Notes: a model not told the origin generated them from the letters alone. 64,000 nt of DNA from Selaginella moellendorffii (GCF_000143415.4 NW_003314377.1:62001-126000), one strand, 5' to 3'; positions 47,703 to 60,269 are shown, counted from the first letter of the stretch. Translations and numbers: made by a program.

Positions 47703-50107
47703 GATGGCATGTATTTATTTAAAAATGTAACTTATTATGGCATGGGGTTCCATGCCATTGTATTAATATTAAAAGACAATTCTTTGAGAGGATTTGCATT
47801 ATACTAGAAGTGTTACAGCATGTTATTGGAAGTCTACGAAGTTGTTTTATTAATAAGGGGAAAGTAAAGATTGAACGGGGACTTGGGCTCCACCTAGACT
47901 CGGAGCAACTGAGCCAATATTAAAAGGATGGAAAGAAATTGGACGACGATGACAAGGAGAAGAGAGAGGTGAAGCAGTGGCAGGGGGAGGAGAAGTGATT
48001 GAGTAGAGATTTCCTTGTTTAAAATAAAATGGCATGTGCCTCAATGAAGTTGAATTTTGTTATATTTATATACTATATAAAGGTTTGGAAACCTTATTTT
48101 ACAAGTGGGATAATGACAATTCCCACTTTAACGAAATAGAGCTTACTCAATCTTTCGCACTCGTGCGCTTAATCTCTTGCACTCATACGCTTCACGCTCA
48201 ATCTCTCGATCTCTTGTGTGCTCAATCGCTCGATCTATTGCACGCTCAATCCCTTAATCTCCTTCCCACTCAATCCCTCAATCTCCTTTATGCTCAATCC
48301 CTCAATCTCTTGTGTGCTCCACTCGTGGTGCGAACAATAACCTAATCTTGGCGGCTACCCTAACCCTAATCATGATAGCTGCCCTAACCCTAACCAATCT
48401 TTCATCCCGGCCGTTCATTCCAAATAGCCTAAATCTCAACCATCACAATATCTTCAATCTTATTTTATCTTATCATTATTATTATATGTGAATTATGCTT
48501 CTTTATATTGTGTATTTTAATAATGATATAACTAGCATCTATCAACAGTTCTGTTATTAGAGATATGATATTTTTTTTTACAAATTATCTACAAAGGATG
48601 CATTCTCATCAATATTTTATACATATTTTGGAATCGTTACAAGAACTTTAAAGAGTATAAATAGGGCACATTAAAATATGTTGTACTATATCCATCTATG
48701 AATGGATGAATCCTCATCCAGAAATTTATTTTGTGTTATATTAGATCCTAAACAATAGGCACGTTCTTTAAATGTCATTGAGCAGTGTTTACAATTATGA
48801 ATAAAACTTGAGTTGTACTACGAATCAAATCTGTCATTGAAGAATAAGATTTAACAAGATTTATTATCATCTACCACTTAAAATTTGACAACTTGACATA
48901 TCACGTGTACTGACAGTCAAATTAGATCTCTTGGTTTGACATGCTATAGCAAAATATCATTACTGGTATCATTATTAACTATCAAACTTCACATGCTGAA
49001 AATCCTTCCTTGGATCTATGTGTATAACATGCATCAGATATCATAATAGATAACAGTAATATTAATATTATCACACTTGCATATATTAAATTTGCTATAG
49101 AATTTAAATTCATTTTGTACATTGTCGATATTTTTTTTATTGCTTTATTTAAATTTCAATTGTGTTTCACTATAGATTTTTACAAGTAGTATAAAGAGAG
49201 AAAACTCCAAAATTTATTAAGAACGATGGAGAGGTTTCTTCTTCATTTTCGAGATCACCCACCTCTTTCATTCTCTCAGAATATTATTTCTAAAAGTGTC
49301 AACATTTTGATCTTCGTATTGGCTCTATTTCTTTAAAGGTTGTGATTTGCAATAGCACTGATATAGTTGCATACTTAGAGTTTCTTCTTTCTAATGTGAG
49401 TGAGGGTGGATAACAATAGAATTTACAGAATTCCAAGTCAAAGGAGATTTGAGTTTTTGGATCTCCAGTCAAAGTGCCCAAATGTGCTATAGCGAAAGTG
49501 AATGTGAAGCAAGAGTTAGTCATTATCCTCTTGTCCTCTTTTATTTCAAGTGGAGAAGTCATGCTAGTGTCAGCGCCTAATTCACTTGACGTGCACTTGT
49601 TTTTGTATAGGCTTGCGCACGTGGTTTTGACCCTTTATCCTATGGTGATTTACCATAGGATAACACCACGAAGCGGAACCTAAACCCTCTTTATGCCACG
49701 TGATACATGCCACATGTCACATGCCACGTGTCCATGCCACGTGTCCATAGGAATTCGAGGTTCAGGGCCTTGGGCCACTGAACGAAAGAACTGTGCCAAA
49801 CTCCCAAGCATGGAGCCAACAAGTGATGGAACTGAATCACGGAGCAACTCCCGAGCATAAAGCCCAAGGAGCGAGGAACAGGAGCCCGGAGCGACTTGGA
49901 ACAGTCCTAGAGTAACCAGCATCCCATTGCCAGGACCAGCACGCAAAATGGAGCCAAACGGAGTCTGGCGCTATTTCGGCATACCAGTGGCCTAATGCGA
50001 GGATATGGGTACCCCACCAACTAGCATGGTATGGAACTTGGGCTTAGACCCAAGCCGGACGCAAAACAAGGATAGGCATGCAAGTGGGAGCTAGACTATG
50101 CCTCAGG

Positions 50108-53100
50108 TGTAAGGAACCGACTCCCCGAGATGTCGTAGGCTAAAGGATCCCCAAAAGCTTGACCGAAATGACAAAGAGTTCATCGGAAGGGACCAAGTTG
50201 AGGATCGAGTCCAAGACCGACTCTAGGACCGAGTTCGAGATAGAGTCCGGAATCGAGTCCGAGACCGACTCGGGGACCGAGTTCGAGTCCGAGTTTGAGA
50301 CCGAGTTCGAGACGGAGTCCGAGATCCGAAATCGGGTCCAAGACCGAGTCCGAGGTCGAGTCCGAGGTCGGGTCCGAGATCGGGTCCGAGATCGAGTCCG
50401 TGATCGAGTCCAAACCCGAATCCGAAGTCGGATCCGAAATCGGGTCCGAGATCGAGCCAGAGACTAAGTCCAAATACTAATACGGGTCAAGGGGTGAAAG
50501 CCCAAAGCGTGCGTCTCCCAGGGGGGGGGGGGCTGCAGGGGGTTCCAAAAGTATAGTAGGGATAGTGAGGTCCAGGAACCAGTTTTGAAGGGACTCTCCA
50601 GTTGGGCTTCCAAACCGACTTGAGGTTGGGACTGGGACCGAGGGGCCTTGGGTGGGAGTGAGCATGGACTTGGCTGGTGCCGGAGGGGCCATCCAAGGAA
50701 GTGCTCAAGAGCAGCTCCCACTCCCGAAAGGGAAACTGATTGCGGTGCTCCCGGCTCATGTGGAGTGGTGCCCCACTTGAGTACCATGCGGCTCATTGGT
50801 CCTCGCCCTTCCTAGGGGCTTGGGCCTTCCTTCGGGATGGAAGTGGGGGGCGAGAGGTACCCATACCGGGCCGCTAGGCCACGGTGTTTCGCCCCGGCGT
50901 CCCGAAGCAAGTGTTGCACTCAACACTTGGGATTTAGAGGGTCCCATGATCAAGTCTTGTGGTACCAAGGGATGTTAGGAACCTGGAAGCTTGGTGTGCT
51001 TGGCTGCTTGTGCTTGCGGGGAGTGTAGCTGAACCTTAAGTCCAGTCTAACCCGGGGAGGGGGATTGGGAGTGATTTGGGAATCCATGGAAGGATGGCTA
51101 ACACTCCGTTGCTCGTGCAGTGAGTAGCTGAAACCAAGTAGGAGCGGGTACCATAGGCGAGAACCTTGGCGAGGGAACTTAGCAAAAGCCAAGGCAGTGT
51201 TGGACGGATAGGCGAGGTAAGCTGGCAAAGTGGAAAGGAAAAATTTGTGGCTTACAATTTGGTATCGGAGCGGTCTCGGGTCCGACTCTGTTGGTTGGCT
51301 AGGGGAATCATACCACATGTTGATTGACATCTGGCTGGTCCAGTTTGCTCCCACTGGGCTCGACCCGAGGGGTAGGGTGTCAAGAGAGTGAGGCTCTCGG
51401 GAGAGTTGCGGCTCTCAGCTTCCGTTCACGAGGGCGTGAACTTGCAGGGAAGCGTGGTGGATTGTAAGCAACCAAAGGGAACGATTCGAGAGACGATCCA
51501 TGGGGTTCAAATATAGAGGGAAAGGGCCCATGAACAAGAGTGCACCCCCTTTTCCAATCGGTTAAGGGTCTTGGGATAGTTGGAGTTAAGCGTCCTTGGG
51601 TTTGAATAGTACTGGGCTGGGTGACCTCCCGGGAAGTCCAAACTCAGGAGCTTACATTTGGTATCGGAGCCTTCTCCTCAGTTCTAGCGAAGGATAGAGG
51701 CGGATTGCTGGGAGATGGCAAGGGCAGGGCGTAAGCGAACCCAGGCGGAGACAGAACCTCCGCCAGAGCTAGAGCCTCCGGTCGAACAAGAGGCTATGGA
51801 TGAGGAATCCTTGCATGAGGAGGACTCTAGTGAGGAAACTTCCAAACAGGAGTCCGGTGGCGAGGTTCGGTCGTCCAAGGCTCGATTGGACGTTCTAGAA
51901 GGTCAATTGGCGCAGACCAATGCCCTGCTGGAGACTCTCGTACGCAAGCTAAAGCGTGACGAGAAGCGGAAGAAAAGGCGAAAGACTGCGGATGCTGGCA
52001 GCGCAGAAGGTGCGGACCCTTCGGCAGGGACTGAGGCAAAACCAGACAAGGTCGAACAGACCGAAGTGGAATCAGTCCCTCAGGCAGTTCCCAAGTACAA
52101 ACCAAAGCCCCCACCGGTGTTCAAGGGAGTGAACGACTATAAGGTTGTGGAGGATTGGTTTTACGATATGGAGGACTACTTCCGAGCGTTACGGTTACCG
52201 AGCTCGGAGAAGGTCCCATGTGCAAAACCATACTTGGCAGATAATGCCAAGTCTTGGTGGAGAACAACGGAGGCCAACGAAGGACCGGTGGCCACCTGGG
52301 ACATGATGAAGGCGAGGATCCGCGCGACATACGTTCCTCCGAATGCCACTCTGCATCTGAGAGATGAGCTGAGTAGGCTGAAGCAGACTGGAACCATCCA
52401 GGAATATGTGAATGGGTTCATGGCAAAGAGGATACTTGTCACGGACATGGGGGATATGGATGCGTTCCATGCCTTTATATCAGGTTTGCAAACCTGGGCT
52501 CGCGGTGAGGTGATGCGCTGGAACCCGACCAACTACAAGGAAGCGTTGGATGCGGCCATCAAGGTGCATTTCAACGATAACCTGCGAAAGGGGAACACGA
52601 CGGGGTCGGGATCCACGTTTCACAAAGGGGCCAAACCGAGGGGAACATATAGCAGGGGGAAATTCAAGAAGAGTTTCTCTAAGAATGAGTCCTCGGGATT
52701 TCGGAAAGGCAAATCCGGTGGCCAGCGAGCAAGTACGTGGGGGAGTCAAGCGAAAAGAGACAAACCCACGGATAAGAAGGTCAAGTCATATAGCAGCGTG
52801 GGAAACAACGTATGCTATAACTGCGGTGAAGCGGGACACTTTTCGAGGGAATGTCCCTACCCGAAGAAGGCCAGAGCCAATATGGCCATCAAGTCGGGCG
52901 AAGTCCAAAATGAGGTATGTGATTCAGTCCCTAACTCAAAGTTACTCATTACACGAGCAACTTTGGTAGAGAGTCGTTCGCGACATCTACTAGCCCTCCG
53001 AGGGAAGCTCGGAGGTAGCTTTGTTAAGATCCTTATTGACACGGGTGCTTCGGATAATTTTGTGGCTGCAGACATAGTCCGGCAAGCCGGACTAACGGTG

Positions 53101-56100
53101 CAGCGGCTAGGCGAACCAAGGACTATAGAGTTTGTTCAAGGTAGCCAAAGCACCGATGAGGTACTTCGACAAGCGAAAGTCGAAGTAGGGACATGGAAGG
53201 TAGACATGGATTTCACCGTGTTGGACATGGCGGGATTTGACGTGATCTTCGGAATGGATTGGTTCAATCGGTTCGTGGTAGCCCTACATGGACAAGGTAG
53301 GAACCTTGTGGTACTGGCGAATGCCCAAGGAAGAAGATCTAGGGTGGAAGCCCAGGATCTAAAGGTAGGGCAAAGCAAGGCCAAAGAATCCTGCTTAAAC
53401 CTGGTGTCCACGAGAGGACAACTCACTAAAGGAACTAAGGCAGCCTTTTTGTGCTTACTCTCGGTGAAGAGTGACAAAAAGACAAGAACGGAAGAAGTGC
53501 CTTTAGTGATCCAGCGGGTGTTGGACCAATTCCAGGATACCATGCCGGAGGAGCTACCGGCGGGGCTGCCCCCAGCATGACCAATAGAACATAAGATTGA
53601 GCTGGTCAAGGGTGCTGAGGCAGTGGTTCGTCCCCCTTATCGTTTGAACGAAAAAGAACTCAAGGAGCTCAAGTGCCAACTAGAGGAGTTGGTGGACAAA
53701 GGGTATGTTAGGTTGAGCAAGTCGCCGTATGGGGCGCCGGTGTTATTTGTGAAAAAGAAAGATGGATCTATGCGCATGTGCATAGACTACCGCTTGCTCA
53801 ACAAGTATACAAAGAAGAACAAGTACCCTTTGCCAAGGATTGAGGACCTGTTCGATAGGTTGGGAAAGGCAAAATACTTCTCGAGGATTGACCTAAGGTC
53901 AGGATACTACCAGATCAAGGTAGCCGAGGAAGATGTCGAGAAGACAACCTGTCGAACGAGGTATGGGAGCTTTGAGTTTCTGGTGATGCCCTTCGGGCTA
54001 TGTAATGCGCCGGCAACGTTTTCGGCGCTAATGAACCACGTCTTTGTACCCTATCTGGATCACTTCGGGGTCGTCTATATCGACGACATCCTGATCTATA
54101 GCGAGACGCTAGAAGAGCATGCCGAACACTTGGTGAAGGTGTTTGAGAAACTAAGGGAACACAAGCTGTATGCTAAAGAGAACAAATGTGACTTTGCTCA
54201 ACAAGAGGTAAAGTTTCTCGGGCATGTGGTGGGCCAGGACGGGCTCAAGGTGGACCCGGAGAAGGTCCAAGTGATCCAGGAATGGGAGCGACCATCGAAT
54301 GTACATGAGTTGAGGGCATTCCTGGGGCTATGCAACTACTATCGAAAGTTTATCAGACACTATTCGAGAGTAGCCCTGCCCTTAACGGACCAAACAGGAA
54401 AAGGGAAGATGGTATGGACAGCAGAATGCGAGGCGGCATTCGTCCACCTCAAAGGGAAGTTGAGGAAGGCTCCCGTATTGGCATTGCCAGACTTTGGTAA
54501 GGACTTTGAGGTAGAAACGGATGCTTCGGACTTTGCGTTGGGCGCAGTTCTGAAGCAAGACAACCATCCGGTAGCGTTCTTCTCGAAGAAGCTGGACAAG
54601 GCTCAACGGAAGTGGCCTGCCCATGAGAAGGAATTGTTTGCGGTGGTCAAGGCACTCAAGGAGTGGCGACACTACCTTGGGAGACACTTCAAGGTTTACA
54701 CGGACAATGTGGCAACGAAACACTTCTTGTCACAGCCCGACCTAAGAGGGAAACAAGGTCGGTGGGCCAATGCCTTGGCCGAGTTTGATTGCGAAATTCT
54801 GTACAAGCCTGGGAAGAGCAATATCGTGGCGGATGCGCTAAGTCAAAAAGCGAGCTTGAAGTTGGCAATATCCAGCACAACAGCAACCTTCTGGGATGAT
54901 GTGCGGACAGCATATGAGAACGATGGTCTAGCACAAGAAGTGTTGCTGAGGAATCTAGAGGCGCGGGAAGCTCACCAGAGAGGTGAGCTGCCAACAGAAG
55001 AGAAAATGGGCTATGCGGAACGCAACGGACTCATTTATTACAAGCAAACGAGGGTGTATGTTCCAGAAGGGGAACTAAGGAAGGTGGCCTTAGAAGAGTG
55101 TCATGACGGACCTCTTGCGGGACACGGCGGAGTGCCCAAGACGATGGGCTTACTCAAGAGGAAGTACCATTGGCCAGATATGGCTAAGGACGTCCAAGAC
55201 TATGTAAAGACATGTCCAACATGTCAGCAGGTCAAAGCCGTGACTAAGGCTAGTGGGGCCAATTCCAGATCGCCCGTGGAAATGTCTTACGATGGACTTC
55301 ATCACGGGACTACCCCCAAGCGAGGGGTTCGATGCGATATTCGTGGTGGTGGACCGATTTTCAAAGATGGCACATTTCATACCCACCACAACGGACGTGG
55401 ATGCGGAAGGTGTGGCGAAGCTGTTCTTCGAACAAGTGGTTCGAGTGCGGGGAAGGCCGGAAGAGATTATCTCAGATCGAGATAAGATCTTCACTAGTAG
55501 GTTCTGGAGGACACTCCTAGAACAGTATCGCACCAAATTGAAATTCAGCACAGCCTATCACCCACAGACAGGTAATGGGTATTAAGTCAAGATTGATGGC
55601 ACTAACACTTCTTGACAGACGGACAAACGGAAAGGGTGAATAGGCAGCTGGAGGATTATTTGCGATGCTATGTCTCGGGAGACCAGACCGACTGGGTAAG
55701 TCATTTGGGACTTGCGGAAATGTGTTATAACAACTCACCACACTCAAGCATCGGGGTGAGTCCATGGGAAGTCATCAATGGGCGAGCTATTGAAGGTCCT
55801 GTGGAACTCGGCGTGGCCGAGTATCATGGAGAGTTACCCGCAGTGGAGGCATTCACGGCGGAAAGACTCAACATTTGGAATCTAGTGAGGGATTCCTTGG
55901 AACGGGCTCAACAAAGGCAAACTAAGTACGCGAACCAAAAGCGTCGGGATGTGGAGTTCCAAGCTGGGGAGAAGGTGTGGCTGAACACCAAGAACCTCAG
56001 ACTACCAAGCTGGATCAGCCAAAAGTTGACCCAAAGGTAAAGATGCATGTATTCCTGTAAATGAATTGATCTTGAGTTACTTAAGCAGGTTCGCGGGGCC

Positions 56101-58021
56101 TTATGAAATTGAGGCACGAATCGGTAAAGTGGCTTACCGACTCCGACTTCCTCGAGAGATGGGGAAGATGCACCCAGTGTTCCACGTGAACTTACTCAAG
56201 CCGTACTTTGAGGATCCGCTTCGCAAGGACCAAGTGAGACCTTTACCTGAGGTTATCCAAGGGGAAGAGGAATACGAAGTCGAGGCCATCCTCAATGCGC
56301 GCAAGAGCAAGCGACAAGGACGCGAGGTGAGAGAGTTCCATGTGAAGTGGAAAGGATTTCCACACTGCGAAGCAACATGGGAACCGGAGGAGAACCTAGC
56401 GAACGCACGAGATCTAGTGGAGGAATTTCTGCAAGGCAGAACTTTATGTACTTATGCAAAATTCAATTAAAAATATCAATTTGCAAAGTTGAGCAAGTGG
56501 CATATGTTGGGACCCGAAGGCGCGCCAAAGGTAAGCTAATTAGCATGGGTTGGATAGGTCGACCAGGCGTAGGGCACTACGCCCGACTCCCTGCGGGGAT
56601 GTCGAATCCGTAGACGTATTCTACGGAGGTTGGGTTCGAGTCCCAACCCCCTAGTAAAGCAAGGCTGGGTTCAAGTCCCGACCCTATACTAGGGCGTGGT
56701 GAGGTGAGGAGTATAGGGACACCTATATTCCATTGTCATGGGCTCTTGGCCGGGGAGGCTAACTTAGGCACACCGCTAAGTGGGGGGATGCCCCCGGAGA
56801 CATGGACAACAAGTCGTAGGATAAAACGAGACGTTCGATGTGGGCATCGAACTTCTTCTATGGGTGGTGGAGTTGTAAGGAACCGACTCCCCGAGATGTC
56901 GTAGGCTAAAGGATCCCCAAAAGCTTGACCGAAATGACAAAGAGTTCATCGGAAGGGACCAAGTCGAGGATCCAGTCCAAGACCGACTCTAGGACCGAGT
57001 TCAAGATAGAGTCCGGAATCGAGTCCGAGACCGACTCGGGGACCGAGTTCGAGTCCGAGTTTGAGACCGAGTTCGAGACGGAGTCCGAGATCCCAAATCG
57101 GGTCCAAGACCGAGTCCGAGGTCGAGTCCGAGGTCGGGTCCGAGATCGGGTCCGAGATCGAGTCCGTGATCGAGTCCGAACCCGAATCCGAAGTCGGATC
57201 CGAAATCGGGTCCGAGATCGAGCCAGAGACTAAGTCCAAATACTAATATGGGTCAAGGGGTGAAAGCCCAAAGCGTGCGTCTCCCAGGGGGGGGGGGCTG
57301 CAGGGGGTTCCAAAAGTATAGTAGGGATAGTGAGGTCCAGGAACCAGTTTTGAAGGGACTCTCCAGTTGGGCTTCCAAACCGACTTGAGGTTGGGACTGG
57401 GACCGAGGGGCCTTGGGTGGGAGTGAGCATGGACTTGGCTGGTGCCGAAGGGGCCATCCAAGGAAGTGCTCAAGAGCAGCTCCCACTCCCGAAAGGGAAA
57501 CCGATTGCGGTGCTCCCGGCTCATGTGGAGTGGTGCCCCACTTGAGTACCATGCGGCTCATTGGTCCTCGCCCTTCCTAGGGGCTTGGGCCTTCCTTCGG
57601 GATGGAAGTGGGGGGCGAGAGGTACCCATACCGGGCCGCTAGGCCACGGTGTTTCGCCCCGGCGTCCCGAAGCAAGTGTTGCACTCAACACTTGGGATTT
57701 AGAGGGTCCCATGATCAAGTCTTGTGGTACCAAGGGATGTTAGGAACCTGGAAGCTTGGTGTGCTTGGCTGCTTGTGCTTGCGGGGAGTGTAGCTGAACC
57801 TTAAGTCCAGTCTAACCCGGGGAGGGGGATTGGGAGTGATTTGGGAATCCATGGAAGGATGGCTAACACTCCGTTGCTCGTGCAGTGAGTAGCTGAAACC
57901 AAGTAGGAGCGGGTATCATAGGCGAGAACCTTGGCGAGGGAACTTAGCAAAAGCCAAGGCAGTGTTGGACGGATAGGCGAGGTAAGCTGGCAAAGTGGAA
58001 AGGAAAAATTTGTGGCTTACA
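50108..58021 (+). mobile_element. Full-length Ty3/Gypsy chromovirus, Galadriel-like: LTRs 50108-51256 and 56874-58021, PBS 51260-51271, PPT 56861-56873, TSD TCAGG
   Basis: TGTAAG...CTTACA LTRs are about 99% identical by eye. TCAGG lies at 50103-50107 and 58022-58026. PBS is tggtatcggagc (tRNA-Met type). The chromodomain is type-I-like (YEVEAIL...VKWKGF...ATWEP). The empty site is at ~11169-11173 in the left arm. Confidence 0.96.
51715..56435 (+). pseudogene. gag-pol polyprotein (Gag, CCHC knuckle, PR, RT, RNase H, IN, chromodomain) with a premature TGA (53578-53580), a frameshifting deletion near 55258 and introns 55572-55618 and 56037-56088
   Basis: Motifs [41 protein letters not shown]...CPTCQ and ISDRD are present. 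Splicing restores YHPQTDGQTERVN and KLTQRFAGPY. Confidence 0.93.
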
Positions 58022-59123
58022 TCAGGTTGGTCAGCCATGCCCAACCTACTCACTATCCCTACTATATATTTGGAACCCCCCCTTGAGGAACACACGCTTT
58101 GGGCTTTCACCCCAAGCCTCCCTTAGTATCAGGAGTTAGTCTCTGGGACAAGCTTGAAACTTACTAAATATGGAATGTCCCTAGATTGTGAATTTGGACA
58201 CGGGACGAACACCATTGTGTTCGGGCCAATCTTTACATTCCGTAGATATGCCAAATGAGTGAATCTAAACACTTTCCATAAATAGCATTTGGGACTGAAA
58301 TGAGACTAACACAAAGGGCATGATAGCGAGGGTGTTTGGCAGACACGGTAAGCTATCATCCAGCGATATTAAGGGACCAATCTCAATATGCGAGGGTTCT
58401 TGTCACTAGCCAGTGCAAGACATAACGAGACAGGAACTCCTTACCGGGCTAAGTATGCTTAGCTAATAACACGTAGGAATTCCGTCCTTATGCTTGTCTG
58501 GTCTAAGTACATTCGAAATGCCCTGTTAACTCCACTAGCACAAGAGGGACTAATAAAGGGTCCAACAATACCGACCTCTTGCTGTCGTGGCAGTAAGGTA
58601 AGAGTGTCCGTAAGGACTGGTCGACAGGTAACTTTCGATACCCAAAGTCACATTCGCCACACTCTCCCCCCCCTAGGGAAGATCAACATCCTCGTCGATG
58701 CATACTCAAGTCTAGAATACCGCCAAGGAAACAACTCCAGAAAAAGTTCACGGTACTCACACTATATGAAAAATGCACCAACTTAAATGAGTAGGGGGGC
58801 AACCTCTTTGTCTAACGTGGATGCGCTACCAACTTCGACACTTTCTGGCCGTCGCCAACAAGGAAATGACCAACAGAGTTAGCCATCCTTGCTGCTCTGG
58901 TTTTCACCCAGCTACAAAAGTGTGATACGCCCTGCTCGCAGGGACATAGAGAGAGAAGCCAGAGGCCCCAACCCTCTTGAGCAAAGAAACCAAACCCATC
59001 AGTAAGGTTTAGATAGACTACTATAAACAGGCAGTTAGAGTTGTTTACACGGTCACACCCTTTCAACGGAATAAGGAACATCGACAGAGAGGCGGGTTAT
59101 GTGACCAGTCGACAGTAGCTACC

Positions 59124-60269
59124 TGTAAGGAACCGACTCCCCGAGATGTCGTAGGCTAAAGGATCCCCAAAAGCTTGACCAAAATGACAAAGAGTTCATC
59201 GGATGGGACCAAGTCGAAGATCAAGTCCAAGACCGACTCTAGGACCGAGTTCGAGATAGAGTCCGGAATCGAGTCCGAGACCGACTCGAGGACCGAGTTC
59301 GAGTCTGAGTTCGAGACCGAGTTTGAGATGGAGTCCGAGATCCGAAATCGGGTCCGAGACCGAGTCCGAGGTCGAGTCCGAGGTCGGGTCTGAGATCGGG
59401 TCTGAGATCGAGTCCGAGACCGAATCCGAAGTCGGATTTGAAATCGGGTCCAAGATCAAGCCAGAGACTAAGTCCAAATACTAATACGGGTCAAGGGGTG
59501 AAAGCCCAAAGCGTGCGTCTCCCGGGGGGGGGGGCTGCAAGGGGTTCCAAAAGTATAGTAGGGATAGTGAGGTCCAGGAACCAGTCTCGATAGAACTCTC
59601 CAGTGGTGCTTCCAAACTGACTTGAGGTTGAGACTGGGGCCGAGGGGCCTTGGGTGGGAGTGAGCATGGGCTTGAGTGGTGCCGGACGGGCCACTCAGGG
59701 AAGTGCTCAAGAGCAGCTCCCACTCCCGAAAGGGAAACCGGCTACGGTGCTCCCGGCTCATGTGGAGTGGTGCCCCACTTGAGTACCTTGTGGCTCATTG
59801 GTCCTTGCCCTCCCTAGGGGCTTGGGCCTTCCCTTCGGGATGGAAGTGGGGGGGTAGAGGTACCCATACCAGGCCGTTAGGCATGGGTGTTTTGCCCCGA
59901 CGTCCCGAAGCAAGTGCTGCACCCAAGACTTGGGATTTAGAGGGTCCCATGATCAAGTCTTGTGGTACCAAGGGGTGTTAGGAATCTGGAGGCTTGGTGT
60001 GCTTGGCTGCTTGTGCCTGCGGGGAGTGTAGCCGAACCTTAAGTCCAGTCTAACCCGGGGAGGGGGATTGGGAGGGATTTGGGAATCCATAGATGGATGG
60101 CTAACACTCCATTGCTTGTGCAGTGAGTAGCTGAAACCAAGTAGGACCAAGTAGGAGCTGGTACCATAGGCAGGAACCTTGGCGAGGGAACTTAGCACAA
60201 GCCAAGGCAGAGTTAGTCGGATAGACGAGGTAAGCTGGCAAATTGGAAAGGAAAAATTTGTGGCTTACA
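59124..60269 (+). mobile_element. Solo LTR of the same chromovirus family, TSD CTACC
   Basis: TGTAAG...CTTACA ends. CTACC lies at 59119-59123 and 60270-60274. The empty site catagggtagctact is at ~10061-10075. Confidence 0.95.

Larger units (their letters stand above)
36475..48051. repeat. About 24 dispersed copies of a 24-bp palindrome, consensus AATGGC(A/G)TG(A/T)GGCC(A/T)CA(T/C)GCCATT
   Basis: Copies start near 36475, 36791, 36880, 37287, 37480, 37640, 37786, 39128, 39185, 41031, 41101, 41199, 41814, 41886, 42744, 43536, 43613, 43673, 44935, 46419, 46560, 46751, 47736 and 48028 (a few are half-sites). None was recognised outside the element. Confidence 0.93.
36250..48144. mobile_element. 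11.9-kb TIR DNA transposon, Sola-like DDD superfamily, three genes
   Basis: TIRs aaactctatttcgttaaagtggga (36250-36273) and tcccactttaacgaaatagagctt (48121-48144) match at 23/24. TSD ACTC lies at 36246-36249 and 48145-48148. The uninterrupted site cgcgcactcaatctttcg is present in the left arm (~13117-13134, reverse complement). The superfamily call rests on transposase motifs and the 4-bp TSD. Confidence 0.92.

Noticed and set aside
36475-48051. Palindromic repeats as a CRISPR array
   Set aside because: Spacing is irregular (tens of bp to over 1 kb), there are no uniform spacers or cas genes, and the context is a eukaryotic transposon.
50159-50480. RVRD/ESEI-repeat ORFs in the LTRs (also 1034-1619, 16603-16800, 56925-57246, 59175-59477)
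   Set aside because: They are by-products of GAGTCC/GAGATC hexamer repeats open in several frames and both strands, mostly with non-ATG starts.
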